Shown: positions 1-13,382 of the stretch, one piece after another
How positions within the stretch are numbered: position 1 is the stretch's first letter
Layout: each line of letters starts with the position of its first letter
NCBI RefSeq assembly: GCF_018977255.1
Contig: NW_024704742.1
Coordinates: forward strand, 125,614,001 to 125,678,000
Source of the DNA: Callorhinchus milii
Taxonomy: Eukaryota
Length of the DNA stretch: 64,000 bases
Direction: 5' to 3'
Notes under the pieces: model-generated
Told to the model about the DNA's origin: nothing
Databases searched by the model: none
Seen by the model: only the letters and a program-made list of their open reading frames with translations
Translations under genes and position numbers: made by a program

Positions 1-309
1 GATATTTTTCCCACTGCCTTGGCCAACAATCCCCAAAATAAAATTGGTCATTCACTTCATGGCTACATATTACAGTCTATCCTATGAAGTGCTTTGAGAT
101 GTTCTCCTGACATAAAGCTGCTATATCAAATGAAGGATTTTTGAAATTAACTTCTGGCATATAATTGTACTATAGCATTAACTGCAATTCAGTTATTAGA
201 TCAGCTGACTCATGGGATATTAATCATATTCCACACGTCATCTATATTTTACTTGATAAGCTTATACTGTTTTTTGTTTCCTGTATAAATGTAATTGATC
301 TATAAAAGT

Positions 310-570
310 GTGCTGTTAATATTGTTCTGTATGAGGTTTAGCTAACCTTTGGTTGTGTGCTTTTAAATATTGTATTAGATTTAGTTAGTTTGAATGAATA
401 TGTAGATGGTTTACTGTTAAGTCTTGCATCAGGTTTACTTAGTTTGAATGAATATGCAGGTCATGTCTTATTAAATATTGTATTAGGTTCAGTAGTTTTC
501 GAGTAAATAGGAGGTAATATACTGTTAATATTATATCAAGTTTGAGCAAATGCATTGTTTCTCTGAATAT
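310..570 (+). repeat. Degenerate ~54-bp minisatellite
   Basis: Recurring ttaaatattgtattag and ttagtttgaatgaatatg units. Confidence 0.6.
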
Positions 571-2474
571 TGCGCGCTCAACCACCTAGACAAGATTTAA
601 TTCCTTGTCCACAGATTAGCTGATGTCAGCTGGACTGACAATCACAACTGGAGGGCTGCCGGTGGGCCCATGGCCTGTACGCCATCAGAAGAGTTAGCCT
701 TTTCAGAATAGGGACAGGGAATATTAGCTACAAAATACGTTATTGCACTGTAACTTCTGATGAGCAGTTGGCACTTGGAGTGAAGAAAAGAGCTGTCACC
801 AAACAGAGCACTCAGCAAATTAAAGTAAATCACAAGGAATTCTTCCACTTCTGGGAATTGCCTCTTGTGCTGCTGAAGTGTTCAGGTCAATAAAAAGATA
901 GAAAGATAAAAGCGAGGAAGGCTGTCCTAGTTTGGAAGAAGGTAAGAGCCTGGGAAAACTCATTTTGACGATACCGTGTCCACCTATACAATGACATTTT
1001 GCAATTTCATTAATCAATCGACTGATTTTCCTATCACAATATGAATTTACTTTAAATAATCTAAAGAAGGGATTTTTTGCTGGTTTCCTGGCCAACAATA
1101 GCCTACATAAAATTAATCATTCACTTGATCACCTGGTTTTGTGACATTGTTGTATACAAATTGGCTGCTGCATTCGCCAACAAATATACAGTCACTACAC
1201 TTTACTGTAAATCCTGTTAAGCACTTTGAGACATTTTGAGGACATGATCAAATGTCTGGATGGTTATTATTTGTATTTAATTTTATTACAGCATGGACAG
1301 GCAATGAAAATAAGACCATTTTAAACGCCAACATTCAAAAATCTGCACGGTTTAACATACAGCACCAATGTTGCTAGAGGTAATGAATATTCACCAATAT
1401 TCACTCCTTAACAATAATAACAGCAACAATAAATTGCATTCACATAGTGCCTTTCACATCAATAGTACATGAAAGGCACTCAAACTGTTGGACATTAAAT
1501 AGTTAACTCTAAGCACAGATGTTCATCTTCTGTGAACTGGAAAGAGATTCGAGTTTTGTGAGGATAAAAGCATTGATTTAATCCAGTTTTAAACTGGCTG
1601 TGACACCGCAGCTCATCCAGTGCTGGCCACTTCACTTAGGATCAAAGCTATAAAAGAGTTTCATGTGAAAGAACACCACTTTCAATTCTTTATTAACCTC
1701 AAAAAGTACGTTGCAAAATGCGCCTCATCAAGTGTCCTTTCGGCCAACTTTCCCCTCCCACACCCATCGGTTCCCCCCGCTCAGTTTGGGTGCCCAGCTG
1801 GCATTGTCAAGCTCTTTGCGATGTACTTCTGACATAAAAGGCACTTTATAAACGTCAGTTATAAATTGTATTCACCACAATTCCTTTGAAAATTAGGGCC
1901 AAACTTTGAAAGCTGCCCCGATAGCCAAAATCGGCATTTGTGTGGAGTTAAAAGGAGACAGACTTAATTCAACCAGGCCCCGGAAAGCAGGACTCAAATA
2001 CCACCTCCAGACATTACAATATCAAATGCATTTTGAAATGCTACAAACTGTATTTCTTTGACAGTCAAGAAGAAAGTGTAGGAATGATAGGACATTCAAT
2101 GATTACTGATTCTGAATCTACTTGGAAAAGTGCCTGTTCACATTCAAACTCTGGACAACAGCCGTACTTTCATTGGAAGCTTCAAGCCTCAGTAAAATAG
2201 CACTTAAGAGTGCTTAATAAACCGTATTAACACAAATTTGTGCAAACATTTCTTCATTGAGGTGTATTAGATTTAATTTTCATAATAGTTTGGTAAAATA
2301 TTACCTCCTATTAGGCGTGTGACAAATTATAAGGTATGCTTTAAATGATCGGTGTATGATTTGACACGCTCCCTTTCACTTTCATTGTTAGCTTCTTCCA
2401 GTCTTCCTTTGAGAACTGAATAAATGCAAACAGGAGGGAAACATTGAAATAGAACACCAAGATCAAAAAGGTAA

Positions 2475-3016
2475 CACAAAAAATTCTGGAAATTCAGAGC
2501 AGACCAGGGAGCATGATGAAGGCTCCAATTGAAAAGATAATCTCTCTGTCTCAGATTCTAAGAATAATAAATAATCCTTGCATTTCATATAGGGTGTTTC
2601 AAGTTATTGAAATGTCTCAAAGTGCTTCACAGGATTTTCTGTAGAGTGACTGTGCATTGGCACATGCAGAAAGCAATTTGGGTCTATAAATGTCCCACAA
2701 ACAGCTGAGAAGTGAATGACCAATTTAGCTGGAAGATTATTTGTCAGGATACCGAGAAAAAAAACTTTTATTTTCAAAAAGTGTCATTGGATTTTTAACG
2801 TCATCTGAACAGCAGATTTGAACTCATCTGAAGGAAGGCATCTCTGATAATGCAGCTATCCCCAACACTGCACTCTGGAGTGTTCACCTTGACTATGAGC
2901 TCAAAGTCTTGATGTGGGGCTTGAACCCACAAACTTCTAATGTAGAAGTGAGAGAGCTATCAAATGAGACATTACTGACACAAATGAGCTGTTGTGGTTT
3001 TCCAGCATTTTTTGTG
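2475..3016. mobile_element. Old degraded relative of the palindromic Penelope-like element, split by a SINE (about 2560-2980)
   Basis: Terminal inverted match cacaaaaaattctggaaa (2475-2492) vs tttccagcattttttgtg (2999-3016), 17/18. Internal remnants agcagaccagggagcat and gatgaagg...gaaa. Confidence 0.5.
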
Positions 3017-3452
3017 ATTAAAGTTTTACAAATTTAATTTGCACAACACACTTTCTGCTTGATCAGATTTCCTAACAACTGCTGGTAAGTAAATATTCTG
3101 TACTTTCAAAACCCTCAAATTCACTCAATCTTAATTTGATCAGCAAATGCTATACTTACTGTACTCACCAGTGATCAATAAATAGTTATTATGAATATGG
3201 AAAGTGGGTGGTCAATGTACTATCCTACAGACGATCAATAATGGATGTTTCTACAGAAAATGGGTTTTTACTAGCCTACCCGGTAATCAACTTGTTCAGC
3301 AATTTGGTATAAACCAAAATAGAGCACGTTTGCAAGCACAGGGAGCTGGCTATGTGTGCCAGAGGGAAACAAAAGAGAGTATCTTGTGAGATGTAAAAAT
3401 CCTGCTTTAACTCACAGTGTCATGTGCCTTGATGCTAGTGGCCACTGCATTG

Positions 3453-4223
3453 CTGCAGGCTGCCGAAACCCTCATACACACCTTCATTACATCAAGGCTC
3501 AACTATGCAAACTCACTGCTTGTCGGCCTCCCCAACTCCTCCCTCCACAGGCTGCAGATCATCCAGAACTCTGCAGCCCGTGTCCTATCCCGCACTAGGC
3601 TCTGCGACCTTATCAACCCCATCCTGTAGCTCAATGGTTAGAGCACTCCCCTGGCGAGCGAGAGACCTGGGTTTGATTCCCGGTAGGGTGAAATCCTGAG
3701 CGAGTTTCCTTACTCGACACACCTGATAATAATCCCTTCAAGAAAGAATAATAATAATAATTTGGTCACTCAATCCATGACTATTTGTGGGACACTGCTG
3801 TGTGCAATTGACTGCTGCGTTTCGCCCACAAAATATATAGTCAATTAACTTTACAGTGTATTCTGTGAAACGCTTTGAGATGTCTAGAAGATGTGAAAAG
3901 CTCTATATCAAATGCAAGGATAATTATTATTATTATTATTATTATCCTTGCCCAACTCCACTGGCTTTCCATCACAAAGAGGATACAGTTCAAATCCTGG
4001 TTCTCACCTTCAAAGCCCTCCACGGTCTGGCTCCCCCCTACCTCTCTGACCTCCTAAGCCCCTACCACCCTATTCGCTCCCTCCGCTCAGCGGGCTCCGG
4101 CTTGCTTCACATCCCCCGCCTTGCTCGCCCCACTATCGGCGGGCGGGCCTTCCGCCACTCTGCATCCATCCTCTGAAACTCCATCCCGCAGTCCCTCCAT
4201 CTCACCCCCTCCCTCGCCACCTT
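3453..4223 (+). mobile_element. L2 LINE 3' fragment interrupted by a SINE
   Basis: AAETLIHTFITSRLNYANSLLVGLP, resuming after 3943 with LAQLHWL. Confidence 0.9.
3626..3943 (+). mobile_element. tRNA-derived SINE, short subfamily, inserted in L2
   Basis: Homologous to 8601-8914. TSD ATCCT at 3621-3625 and 3944-3948. Confidence 0.9.
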
Positions 4224-4769
4224 CAATTTTGTTGTTGTTGCATTGGAAGTTGACCAGGGTGAAGGTTTCAAGGTTTAATTGGGGAGAAATAACTTGGGGG
4301 GAATAACTGGGAATAATATGGGGGAATAACTTTAGGAATAAGTGAGGGAAATATCTGGAGGTATCTATGGCTATCTGTGTTTTGAAGCTAAAAATGAGAG
4401 GGTGCAGCTTTTTTTTACCATACAAATAGTGATATTTGTAGAAAAACAATGAAATAGCCTGGTCTAGCAATGCTGTCAATCAAGCAAATATAGCAAATTT
4501 CTGGAAATCATTCTTAAATGTGTGAAATTCTAATAAGGAAACTGGGGTATAACACTAGAATGGAGCACATTAATCACCATTATGTGCCTTTCGCAGATAA
4601 ACTACTGGGATCTTAATGATAGGACAAAGAGTCAAGTCAGAATATAAATGATGTAATTTTGTTGTTTTGTAAATAAGAGCCTAAAAGTACACCAGTTATA
4701 CCTGAGAAAAAAAAGCCATATTTAACTGAGAGAAACAACCAAAGATTTTTTCTCCTGCTTGAGGAATTG

Positions 4770-5145
4770 GACCTGATAGAGGTTTACAGAATTATAAGCA
4801 GTTTTGACAGGGCAAATAGGAATAAGTTATTTCCACTAGGTAGATGATTCAGGGACTAGGGTTTATAAGATAGACACAAGAAGAGCGAATGGAGAACTTA
4901 GGACAATTTTTGTCACTCACGAGTTGCTGGGATGTGGAATGCACTATGAAGTTAAGTGATAGAGGCAGAATTCATTGTGGGTTTCAAGAAGGAAGTACAG
5001 TTATATGAAGGGCAGAGGGTTGAAGGAGTATGGGTAAGGCAGGGCATGGTAGTAGGACTGAACATACACCTTGTAATGAGAGCAGGTGTAGACTCGATGG
5101 GGCAAATGGCCTCCTTTTGTACTGTAAATTTCTATGATTCTATGA
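4770..5145 (+). mobile_element. Old CR1 3' fragment
   Basis: gacctgatagaggtttacagaattat (DLIEVYRI-like) and a ttctatgattctatg tail. Confidence 0.75.
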
Positions 5146-7329
5146 ATCGGCAACAAGAAAACATCAATTGAAGATTAACATTAGGACTATGGAATGGAGG
5201 GAGTGCAGAGTGGAGGGGTGGAAGGGTGGATTAGCAGAGGTGGAGGCAACTCAGCAAATCCACTTGATCAATACATTATAGAAGACATTAGTGGCTATTT
5301 AACCCAAATTAATGACATTGTTTAAAACGGAGTTAAGTAAACACTGAAGAATAGGGGCATGGGGAGAGAGGAAGGAAATGGAATTATACTCCAGTGGGAA
5401 AGACCTTTGGTGTGCCAGTGTCTTGGGATGTCCTCCCGACATGAAAGGTGCTATACAAATGTAATTTTGTTGTTTCTGTTATTGGTTGAATTGCGTACGT
5501 CTGAGAATTTCTTTGATTCTACAGTAATTGCAGCACACGTGAGGGAAGAATATTTGCCAACCTATACATTCCTGTATTTTATTGCCATTTACTTATAAGT
5601 TCGCGTCATGTTAGGCTATGGTAATTAACTTGAACATCTTTTGGGTCCATCAATTTGTTTTGAAATCATTGAAAGAATCCTGTGTCAACGTAATTTACAT
5701 CAAGCAGAATAACACTGGCAGAGATGGCTGAACAGGCTGAATTGCTTTCTTCGGTTGCTATAAGCAGCATTATTCAGTTTAGAAAAATAGCAACAGAAGT
5801 AGGCCACTTGACTCATTGGACTTGTTCCGTCAGTATGTCTATAGACCCTCTCTTTAATTCCATTTCCTTTTTATAAATCCCTTAATAACCTTACTAAGTA
5901 TCTATCTTTCTCACATCCTACTGCCTCAATTTAATTTGCATCTAACGCCTTCTGTTCTAGATTCTCTCTTTTTTTGGCAATGATACAATTACAGATGGCC
6001 AAAATAACTCACAGGGATGAGAGATTCCCATCAATATTTGACACCACTCCCACAGCTGTGACACTGGAACACAACCTAGGAAATAGCACTGCTATTTACC
6101 TGCATGCAATCCTTAGAATCATGGGATGCTTATAGCATACATGGCAGCAATTCAGTCCTTCCTGGGGTTTGAACCCACAACCTTCTGTTCCAAAGGCAAT
6201 TGCCACCAGCTGAGCCAAGCTGTTGTCCCTGTTTTCAACCTAATCGCTGCTTCCTGTCCTTCAGCTATCTTTCTGTTTGTGCTGCCACATTCCTTTTCAA
6301 TATTGTGGGTATGAAATCCAAAGCTTGTTAAGACTGTTTTATCTTTTAGGTTAAGATTCATGGAAAATTCTTAAATGCAGTCTTAATTTAGAAGTAGGTT
6401 TTCCACCACTATTAGTGGCTTCCAAATTAAGATTGGAGAATTTTTGACAATTCTGCATAATCTTAAATTTAAAGACCAAACAGCCTTAAAAGCTAAAACG
6501 ACAACAACAACAAGTTGCATTTGTATAGCCCCTTTCACGTTGGGTGGACGTCCCAAGACTAGGTGGAATACAAAACCTCATTTGCCATATTATTTGCTAC
6601 AATCTCCATATGCTGGCTCCTTACCAAACGTTTTTTAAAAAGTCATATGTATAACATTCACTGCATTCTCTTTATTTATACATTCTGTTATTTCCTAAAA
6701 GAAATATTAAATTAGTTAACCGCCTAAATGGTTTATGCAAAATCACTAAAAGATATGACAATAGGACAGAATGAGAAACTGAATTAATTTCTGTTAGCAT
6801 TTGCTGTCAAAAATCCTGCACCAGCTGTAAATGATTCTCTAGGAATGGAAACACAGAGGCTGTTTTGAAAAAGGAAATTTGGGATTGCAACAGACAACTT
6901 GCTCCTCAGTGGACTAAAACTGAGCAATCTCTACACCGTAGTGAGGAACGTCCATTACTCTATATTGTGACAGGTAGCAGTTCAAGACCAACATTCCCAT
7001 CTATCACCCATTTGTGTTGTAAGCAGTGATCATGCAATCTATTTGTTTACTCTCCAAGCAGCACTGACAATTTGTCTGCCAGAACTCTTCTGAATGAGGC
7101 ACCAGAATATTGTTACTATTAATTCTCCTCCTCTTAGTTACAAGGAAACACATCAATAATTGGTTCACTGAACTGATGATATGCTCTGAGATGTCCTACA
7201 TGAAAGATGCCAAATAACTGCAAGTTGTTATTGTTGTAGGCTGAAGACTGGAAGATCAGGGCTATGGTAGAGTTTATCCATCTTTAAACCTAATCTGAGT
7301 CTTTATAGCTAATGAAGATGGTTGATTGC

Positions 7330-7650
7330 AAAGCTGAACAAGATATGTTACAGGAGGATTTGAACACACTTGGGAATCGGGCAGATCAGTGGCAGATGAA
7401 ATTCAATGTGGAGAAATATAAAGTACTTCACATGGGGACAAAAAATTCTGGAAGGGACTATTATTTGAACAGAAGGAAAATAATATGTATGGAGTGTTGA
7501 TTCTTTCAAACACCGATTAGATAGTTTTCTTTTAGGAAATAACATTATGGGATATAGTATATAGATAGTTTGGGACATATGTGCATGCGACCGGCAGGAA
7601 GGTGGAAGGCAAACAAGATGGACCTTGGGTCTTTTTTTGTCTAGCATTTC
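7330..7650 (+). mobile_element. CR1 fragments (RT piece and 3' tail)
   Basis: LQEDLNTLGNRADQWQMKFNVEKYKVLHMG and a ttcttatgttcttatgttct tail. Confidence 0.8.
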
Positions 7651-8600
7651 TTATGTTCTTATGTTCTATATTCATCATGCAATTCACCCACAATAAAGGA
7701 TGGGGAAATGCACTTTCCGATGTGATAATTATCACCTGGGGTGATGATTTATGTGTGGAAATATAGAAAAAAGAACTTGTAGCTTTATCGTGACTTATAA
7801 CGTCAAACGTCCCAAAGCAATTCACAATTCACAGGTAATTATTATCAAGGGTGGTGACTGTTTTTATATGCCAGCTACTTGCTCTAGTAAAAAGTTGAAT
7901 TAATGTGGGATGATGTACACCAGGACACTGGGAGAGACTCCTTTCTCATTTTGAATATTTGACTGGCGAGAGCTCACTAAGGAATGTCTTCAGTGAAAAA
8001 TGATGCAATTCAGCAACTGAGTTTGTACAGAGGTATGCCTGCTGAGGATAAGATATTCAGAACACACAAAGGCTTATGATTCTCTTAAACTCTTATGATA
8101 ATTATCTTATTCTCACATTAAGAATCAACTACCGTAGCATTTCTTATTGTGAGAACTGTCTTATTAATTCCCTCTACCTGCCTCTTTCATTGTTTTGTCT
8201 GAGTTACGGATTTAGAACAAGCAACTAAGCTTCAAGCACATCAGCCCATACCTCTCCGTGCATAATTGTGCTCCACACTGATTCTCTCAGACTCTGGCCA
8301 TGCATTCGTCACTGTTCTTTAAAAAAACTCTTAAAACAGGTTTTCTTGTACCATTGGTCTAAACTAGCTGGATGTAGAACAGCCAATATTCAAAGCCGAT
8401 GCACAGCAACATCCTATTCTATGGGTCAGTCTGGCTCAGTTTGTAGCACTCACACCTTTTAGTCAGAAACTTGTGAAATCAGGCCCCATTGGAACACTGA
8501 GCTCATATAGTCTAGGCTGGGAGAACGCTGCAATGTCAGAGATGCCTTCATTTGATTGTGACGTGAAACCAAGGTCCTATCTGCCTGTTTAGATGTACAT

Positions 8601-8914
8601 TGGAGTCCTGTAGCTCAGTGATTAGAGCACTCGCTTTGCAAGCGAGAGACCTGAGTTCAATTCCAGGCAGGGTGAAACCTTGGGCAAGTTTCCTTACTCC
8701 ACACGCCTAATAATAATCCCTCCAATAATAAGTTGGTCATTTTCAATCTATGACTGTTTGTGGGACACTGCTGTGCGCAATTGGCTGCCGCGTTCGCCCA
8801 CAAATATACAGTCAATTCACTTTACAGTGTGTTCTGTGAAGCGCTTTGGGACATCCTCCCGACGTGAAAAGCGCTATATCAAATGCAAGGATTATTATTA
8901 TTATTATTATTATT
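8601..8914 (+). mobile_element. tRNA-Ala-derived SINE (Deu-like core, L2-like tail), short subfamily, full length
   Basis: Head ggagtcctgTAGCTCAGTGattagagc..ttTGCaa..GTTCAATTCC (A/B boxes), core tgtgggacactgctgtgcgcaattggctgccgcgtt, tail ..aaagcgctatatcaaatgcaagg(ATT)n. Confidence 0.9.
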
Positions 8915-9629
8915 GAAGATCTTGCACGTTTTAAAAAGAGAAAGGAGTTTTTCCCAGTGCCTTGGCCAACAGTACTCCAGGTAAAATTGATTGTTGTTTG
9001 TGGGACATTGCTGTGCAAATTGACTACCAGGTTCTCCTGCAAACACAAAGTCACTTCACTTTACATTAAAATCTTGTGAAGCCCTCTGAGACATCTCGAT
9101 GATTTGACCCTTGCATTTATTGTTAGATATTGCGCTGAAAAGTCTCAGTACAAGTGTCAAGTGTAGCGACTGTATTTGTAGGCAAACGCACACAGCAACA
9201 TTCCACAAGCCAGTCACCAAGTAACTGTTTCCCAATTATATTGTGTGTAATATTTGCCCAAGGACAAGGACCACACAAACACATGTTACAGCTCAAATAC
9301 AGTAAGTTGTGGATATTGTGCTGATGTACAGTTCTGAAAGAATTACAGTAGAAAAATAATTCATGTAACATCAAAGATAACTAAATGCAAATAATAATAA
9401 TCCTTGTATATAATATAGCATCTTTCACATCAGGAGGACATCTCAAAGCTCTTCACAGGAATCACTGTAAAATGTAGTAACTGTGTATTTTGTAGTCAAA
9501 CGTGGCAGGCAGTTTGTGCACAGCAATGTCCCACAGAGAACCACAAAATGTGAAACGTGAGATATTGAGTACAAAATGGGATATGTGACGTGATAATTAT
9601 CATATGATGTTAGCACACTTTAGGAAACT

Positions 9630-9835
9630 CTGCCCCTGTTAATGTTTGAGTGAACAGTGGGGAGATTCAGATCCAGTGAGTCTCCACATGTTGACTCAAA
9701 CATTAACAGGGGCAGCTCAACTTTAAAAGTATGACTCAAAGGCTGTTGTGGCTTTAGGGGTTGATCAACTATTTTGACCATAGTTGGTCAAAATAGTTGA
9801 ACAACCCCTAAAGCCACCCACAACAGCCTTTGAGT
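9630..9835. repeat. Two adjacent long near-perfect inverted repeats (9630-9715 and 9734-9835)
   Basis: Arm-to-arm complementarity read directly from the sequence. Confidence 0.92.
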
Positions 9836-10689
9836 TAGAACCATGCTTAAAATGGCACTGAAAGGTGGTGCTAGGGTGAGCTCAGTTGTAATTTACTGCC
9901 ATAATACAAGAGATTTTCCATAGGTGGTTATTGGCAATGAGTATAATCAACACAAGTTAGTGCAGTCAGCAGCAGGCATTGTGGCAAAAACTGGCCTTCC
10001 CAGCAGGCATTGGCGGTGGCATTTTGCCTGACAAGGAGAAAGAGAAGCAAAAATAGAAGCAATAAAACGAGCAGAGTAACACAGGGCAGAGACAAGAGCA
10101 TTGTTCAATCATGCTTCAAATGTCCCTACGCATAACGTTTGTTTTGGCTTTGATAAAATTCATCATGACGCTTTGATGCAAGCACAAAGAAGCTCAAAAG
10201 TCAGCATCTTTATGCATTTTTCAGTGGTATGTATGATGATGAATTACAGTCACTCTGCTCAGCAATAAACATGTCAGATGCACTGATATCACCAAAGCCT
10301 AGCATTGTTGCATCCTGTTCTAAAAATAATAGGGTAAAGTTATCACGAACGATATCATTGCTGATGGTTACTATGGAGATCATATTTAATGAAATTTTAT
10401 TTCTGTTTAATATAATTTCTTGATTAACTTTCTCAACAGCGACGACAAGTTTCTTATTTAAATTTGATTACTTTGCTGCAATTTACAATTCTGTTCCTAT
10501 TGAGAGACACTAATGTATCTCAAAGATGTCAAATATAACTCACAGGTCTTGTAAGCTTCGCTTTGAAAAGAGCAGAACAAAATAGATGTTGAAATAAGCC
10601 AAGAATATTCTCAGTAGTGTCCTCCATAATGAAAGCAGGTGGCTTTGAGAACACAGTTTCCTGGCCAGCTCTAAGCTAATTTAATGTAC

Positions 10690-10784
10690 CTGAGGGATAC
10701 TGCCCCAGGTCCGTAGATCTCTCTCACAGCTGCCAGATCAGCTTCCAGTTGCAAGTGCTTGTGAAGCTCACCATCAAAGTTTCC
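10690..10784 (-). CDS. PARP8: PARP8 internal coding exon (95 nt), GNFDGELHKHLQLEADLAAVREIYGPGAVSL(R)
   Basis: Acceptor tttttggtttcAG and donor AG|GTacat; phase 0-2. Matches recalled human VNYDGELHKHPQLEADLSAVREIYGPHAVSLR. Confidence 0.96.
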
Positions 10785-12712
10785 CTGAAACCAAAAATAC
10801 AAGTTACAATTTAAATATGCACTAAAAACAGGGGAAATGTACCTGTGTGAGAAAAGAAAAGGGAATTTCTCCCTGCGTCCTGGCCAACAATCCCCCAGAT
10901 AAGATTCAATCATTCACTTCTCGGCTGTTTGTGGGATAGACATTATTGTGCTCAAATTGGCTGCCGTGTTCGACTACAAAACACACATTCACTAAGTTTT
11001 GTAGAAAATCTTGTGAGGGAGCACATCCCCATCACTGCTTTGGAGTGTCGCTTTAGATTTTACCAAGTCCCTACATAGGGCTTGAACCCACAACCGTCTG
11101 ACTCAGAGGTGAGAGTGCTCAAAGGCAAGACTCCTACCAACTGAGCCAGGCTGACAGATTAATCTTTTTCCCTTGATGTGTTTATTCAAATTGAGGTCCT
11201 ATCTGCCCATCAGATGGACATTATGTAGTCCATTTAATAATCCCACTTTATTCGATAAGAGAAAAGTTTCCCCCAGATAAAAGTGGTTATTAATCTCTTG
11301 GATGTTTGTGGGATGTGGGCTGTGCCCAAATTGACTGCCTCATTTGCAGACAAAATACACAATTAGCTCACTTTACAGTATATCCTTTGATGAATTTTGA
11401 GACGTCCTCCCATAAAAGATCCTATATCAAATGCAACAATTATTTTTACTGTTGCACAAAAGTGAATAACATTTCATTGGAATTTGGCTCATTGGAAAAG
11501 GCTATGTTTAACTTGCAGGAAATTTGTTTCCTAGTCGCTGTTAGAGAAAACGTTCTGCTTCAATTGAGGAATTATATTGATCTGATTGTGAGTGGCATGC
11601 TAGCAGGCTCCCTGCTCAAGGATGCTGAGCACATGTCAGTACTTTAATAGATGGAAAGAAGGTATTGGATATTAGACACCATCACGCTCCCTGCTTCAGT
11701 GTCTAAACAGAGTGAGAAGTTCTGAATGAATTCCACACCACTGCAGTGAAGCTTTGAGCACATTGCGTCCTTATTATCATTTATAAAGATTCCATACTTA
11801 ATATTAAAATAATTTCCATATCTGCGTGCTGGATCTTCAAGCTTTGCTGGTGTTTTGTAGCTTTAATGTTTTGATTGAAGCTGGGCTGAATATTAAATAG
11901 AAATGTGTAAATGGATTCTTAATGCATCTGTGGATTTACTGTTGTATCTGATTACTGCCACCGCTGAAAAGATTTAAAGGCACACATGGTTACTGACCGT
12001 GTCTCTCACTGAAAGGGATGTTTACGTCCCATTGCTTTGTCCCTGCCATGGGATCTCTTGAACATGTCTGGGTGTCTCATGGCGGATTTATGTTGTGAGG
12101 TTCTGCAAAACCACTTAGGTTTAAAGCCTCTCTGCAATCTCTTGAACTGCTGGATCCATCCATATGCAGCACTGGTACCATGCGGTGAATTTAACAGATT
12201 TGATGTATCACAATACGAAATATGTTATTTTATATGTTTTAAGCGATAATTAAAGACCAAGTGTTGAATTCAGACTTAACTTTGAAGCCAGTTTACTGTC
12301 ATCTCTTAAAAGAATTTACAGAAAGCCAGCTTTAAAATTAAGGATATACAGTATTTAAGAATTTACCAAATTCTGGACTCTCTAATAAATATAGTGTTAA
12401 TAATAATAATATTTTTTACATTTTGCTAAAAAAAAACAAGATCCAGGTGGAATTTCTCCTTCAGAGTATTTGTAACACAAGTAAATGGGGTTACTTGATA
12501 TAATGACATAATGAGCTGGCGTGGTTGTTGGTGGTGGTGATTCAACAATAATAATCCTTGCGTCTGATATTGAGCTTTCATATTGGGAGGACATCTCGAA
12601 ACACAAGATCCACTGTAAAGTGAAGTGACTATGGGTCTTGTGGATAAATGCAGCATTGCTCTATTTATCTAAGTAAGAATATGGACTGATGCTTTACTGG
12701 AACTCTGCTTAC

Positions 12713-12790
12713 CTGACCCACATAATAGAACTCTTCTGAGTCATTGTCTCCTTCTGAATCTTCCTCTATCGTGCTGTTATGTCTTGATTC
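12713..12790 (-). CDS. PARP8: PARP8 internal coding exon (78 nt), ESRHNSTIEEDSEGDNDSEEFYYVGQ
   Basis: Acceptor ctttgtttctttaatctAG and donor CAG|GTaagc; phase 0-0. Matches recalled human ESRQNSTVEEDSEGDNDSEEFYYGGQ. Confidence 0.96.
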
Positions 12791-13382
12791 CTAGATTAAA
12801 GAAACAAAGCCAAAAGCAATGTCAGAAAAACAGTGTATAAAAAAAGTAGAGTTAATAATAATCCTTATATTTGATACAGCACCTTTAATGTCAGGAGATC
12901 GTCTCAAAGTGCTTCACAGGATATAATGTAAAGTGTTAGAACTGCGTATTTATACCACAAACATGGAATTGTACAAAAGAAGATCACATGATCAAAATTT
13001 GGTCTGGATGAAGAAGGCCCTTCGGCCCATCTGATCTCATCACTCCAGAACACCAACCCCACCATCCCCCATCACTACATCAAGCTACTTTTTAAATGAG
13101 TCGAGTGTCCTGGCCTCTTCCACCTATCTTGGCAACTTGTTGATTACCCTCAGATAAAGAAAGACTTCCTGGTATTTGTCTGTCCTGAAGAATGAAAATA
13201 TATCAAAGCACCTTTGGGGGGGGGGGGGGGGGGTTGGTAGATTCTCCCCCTTCCCTGAAATTATTATTTCAGACGGAAAGTGCAGATTAAATCCAATCCA
13301 CAACTCTCTTGCTCACCAGTACCACACAGTCATTGTGATCACTGTGGAACTGTCCTGTGACTCTGACAGTCACATCACATCG

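Noticed and set aside
3169..3224. Minus-strand exon-like segment ending in CTG|GTGAGT
   Set aside because: Stops in all three frames, weak acceptor and no match to the expected next PARP8 exon (EYGAIDDVDIDLH...), which I could not find in the window.
7150..7175. SEPIIDV-like reading resembling PARP8 TEPIIV
   Set aside because: No splice sites or extended similarity; it adjoins a repeat tail.
8601..8675. tRNA-Ala(TGC)-like sequence, repeated at each SINE head
   Set aside because: No proper acceptor stem, and always fused to the SINE body; these are SINE heads, not tRNA genes.
8680..8916. Recurrent ORFs ending in CKDYYYYY or ARIIIII
   Set aside because: Translations of the SINE and its (ATT)n tail, not a protein family.
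10210..10460. Stop-free minus-strand frame of about 85 codons near the double hairpin
   Set aside because: No recognisable domain; only a vague transposase-like fragment nearby (MNFIKAK) in another frame.
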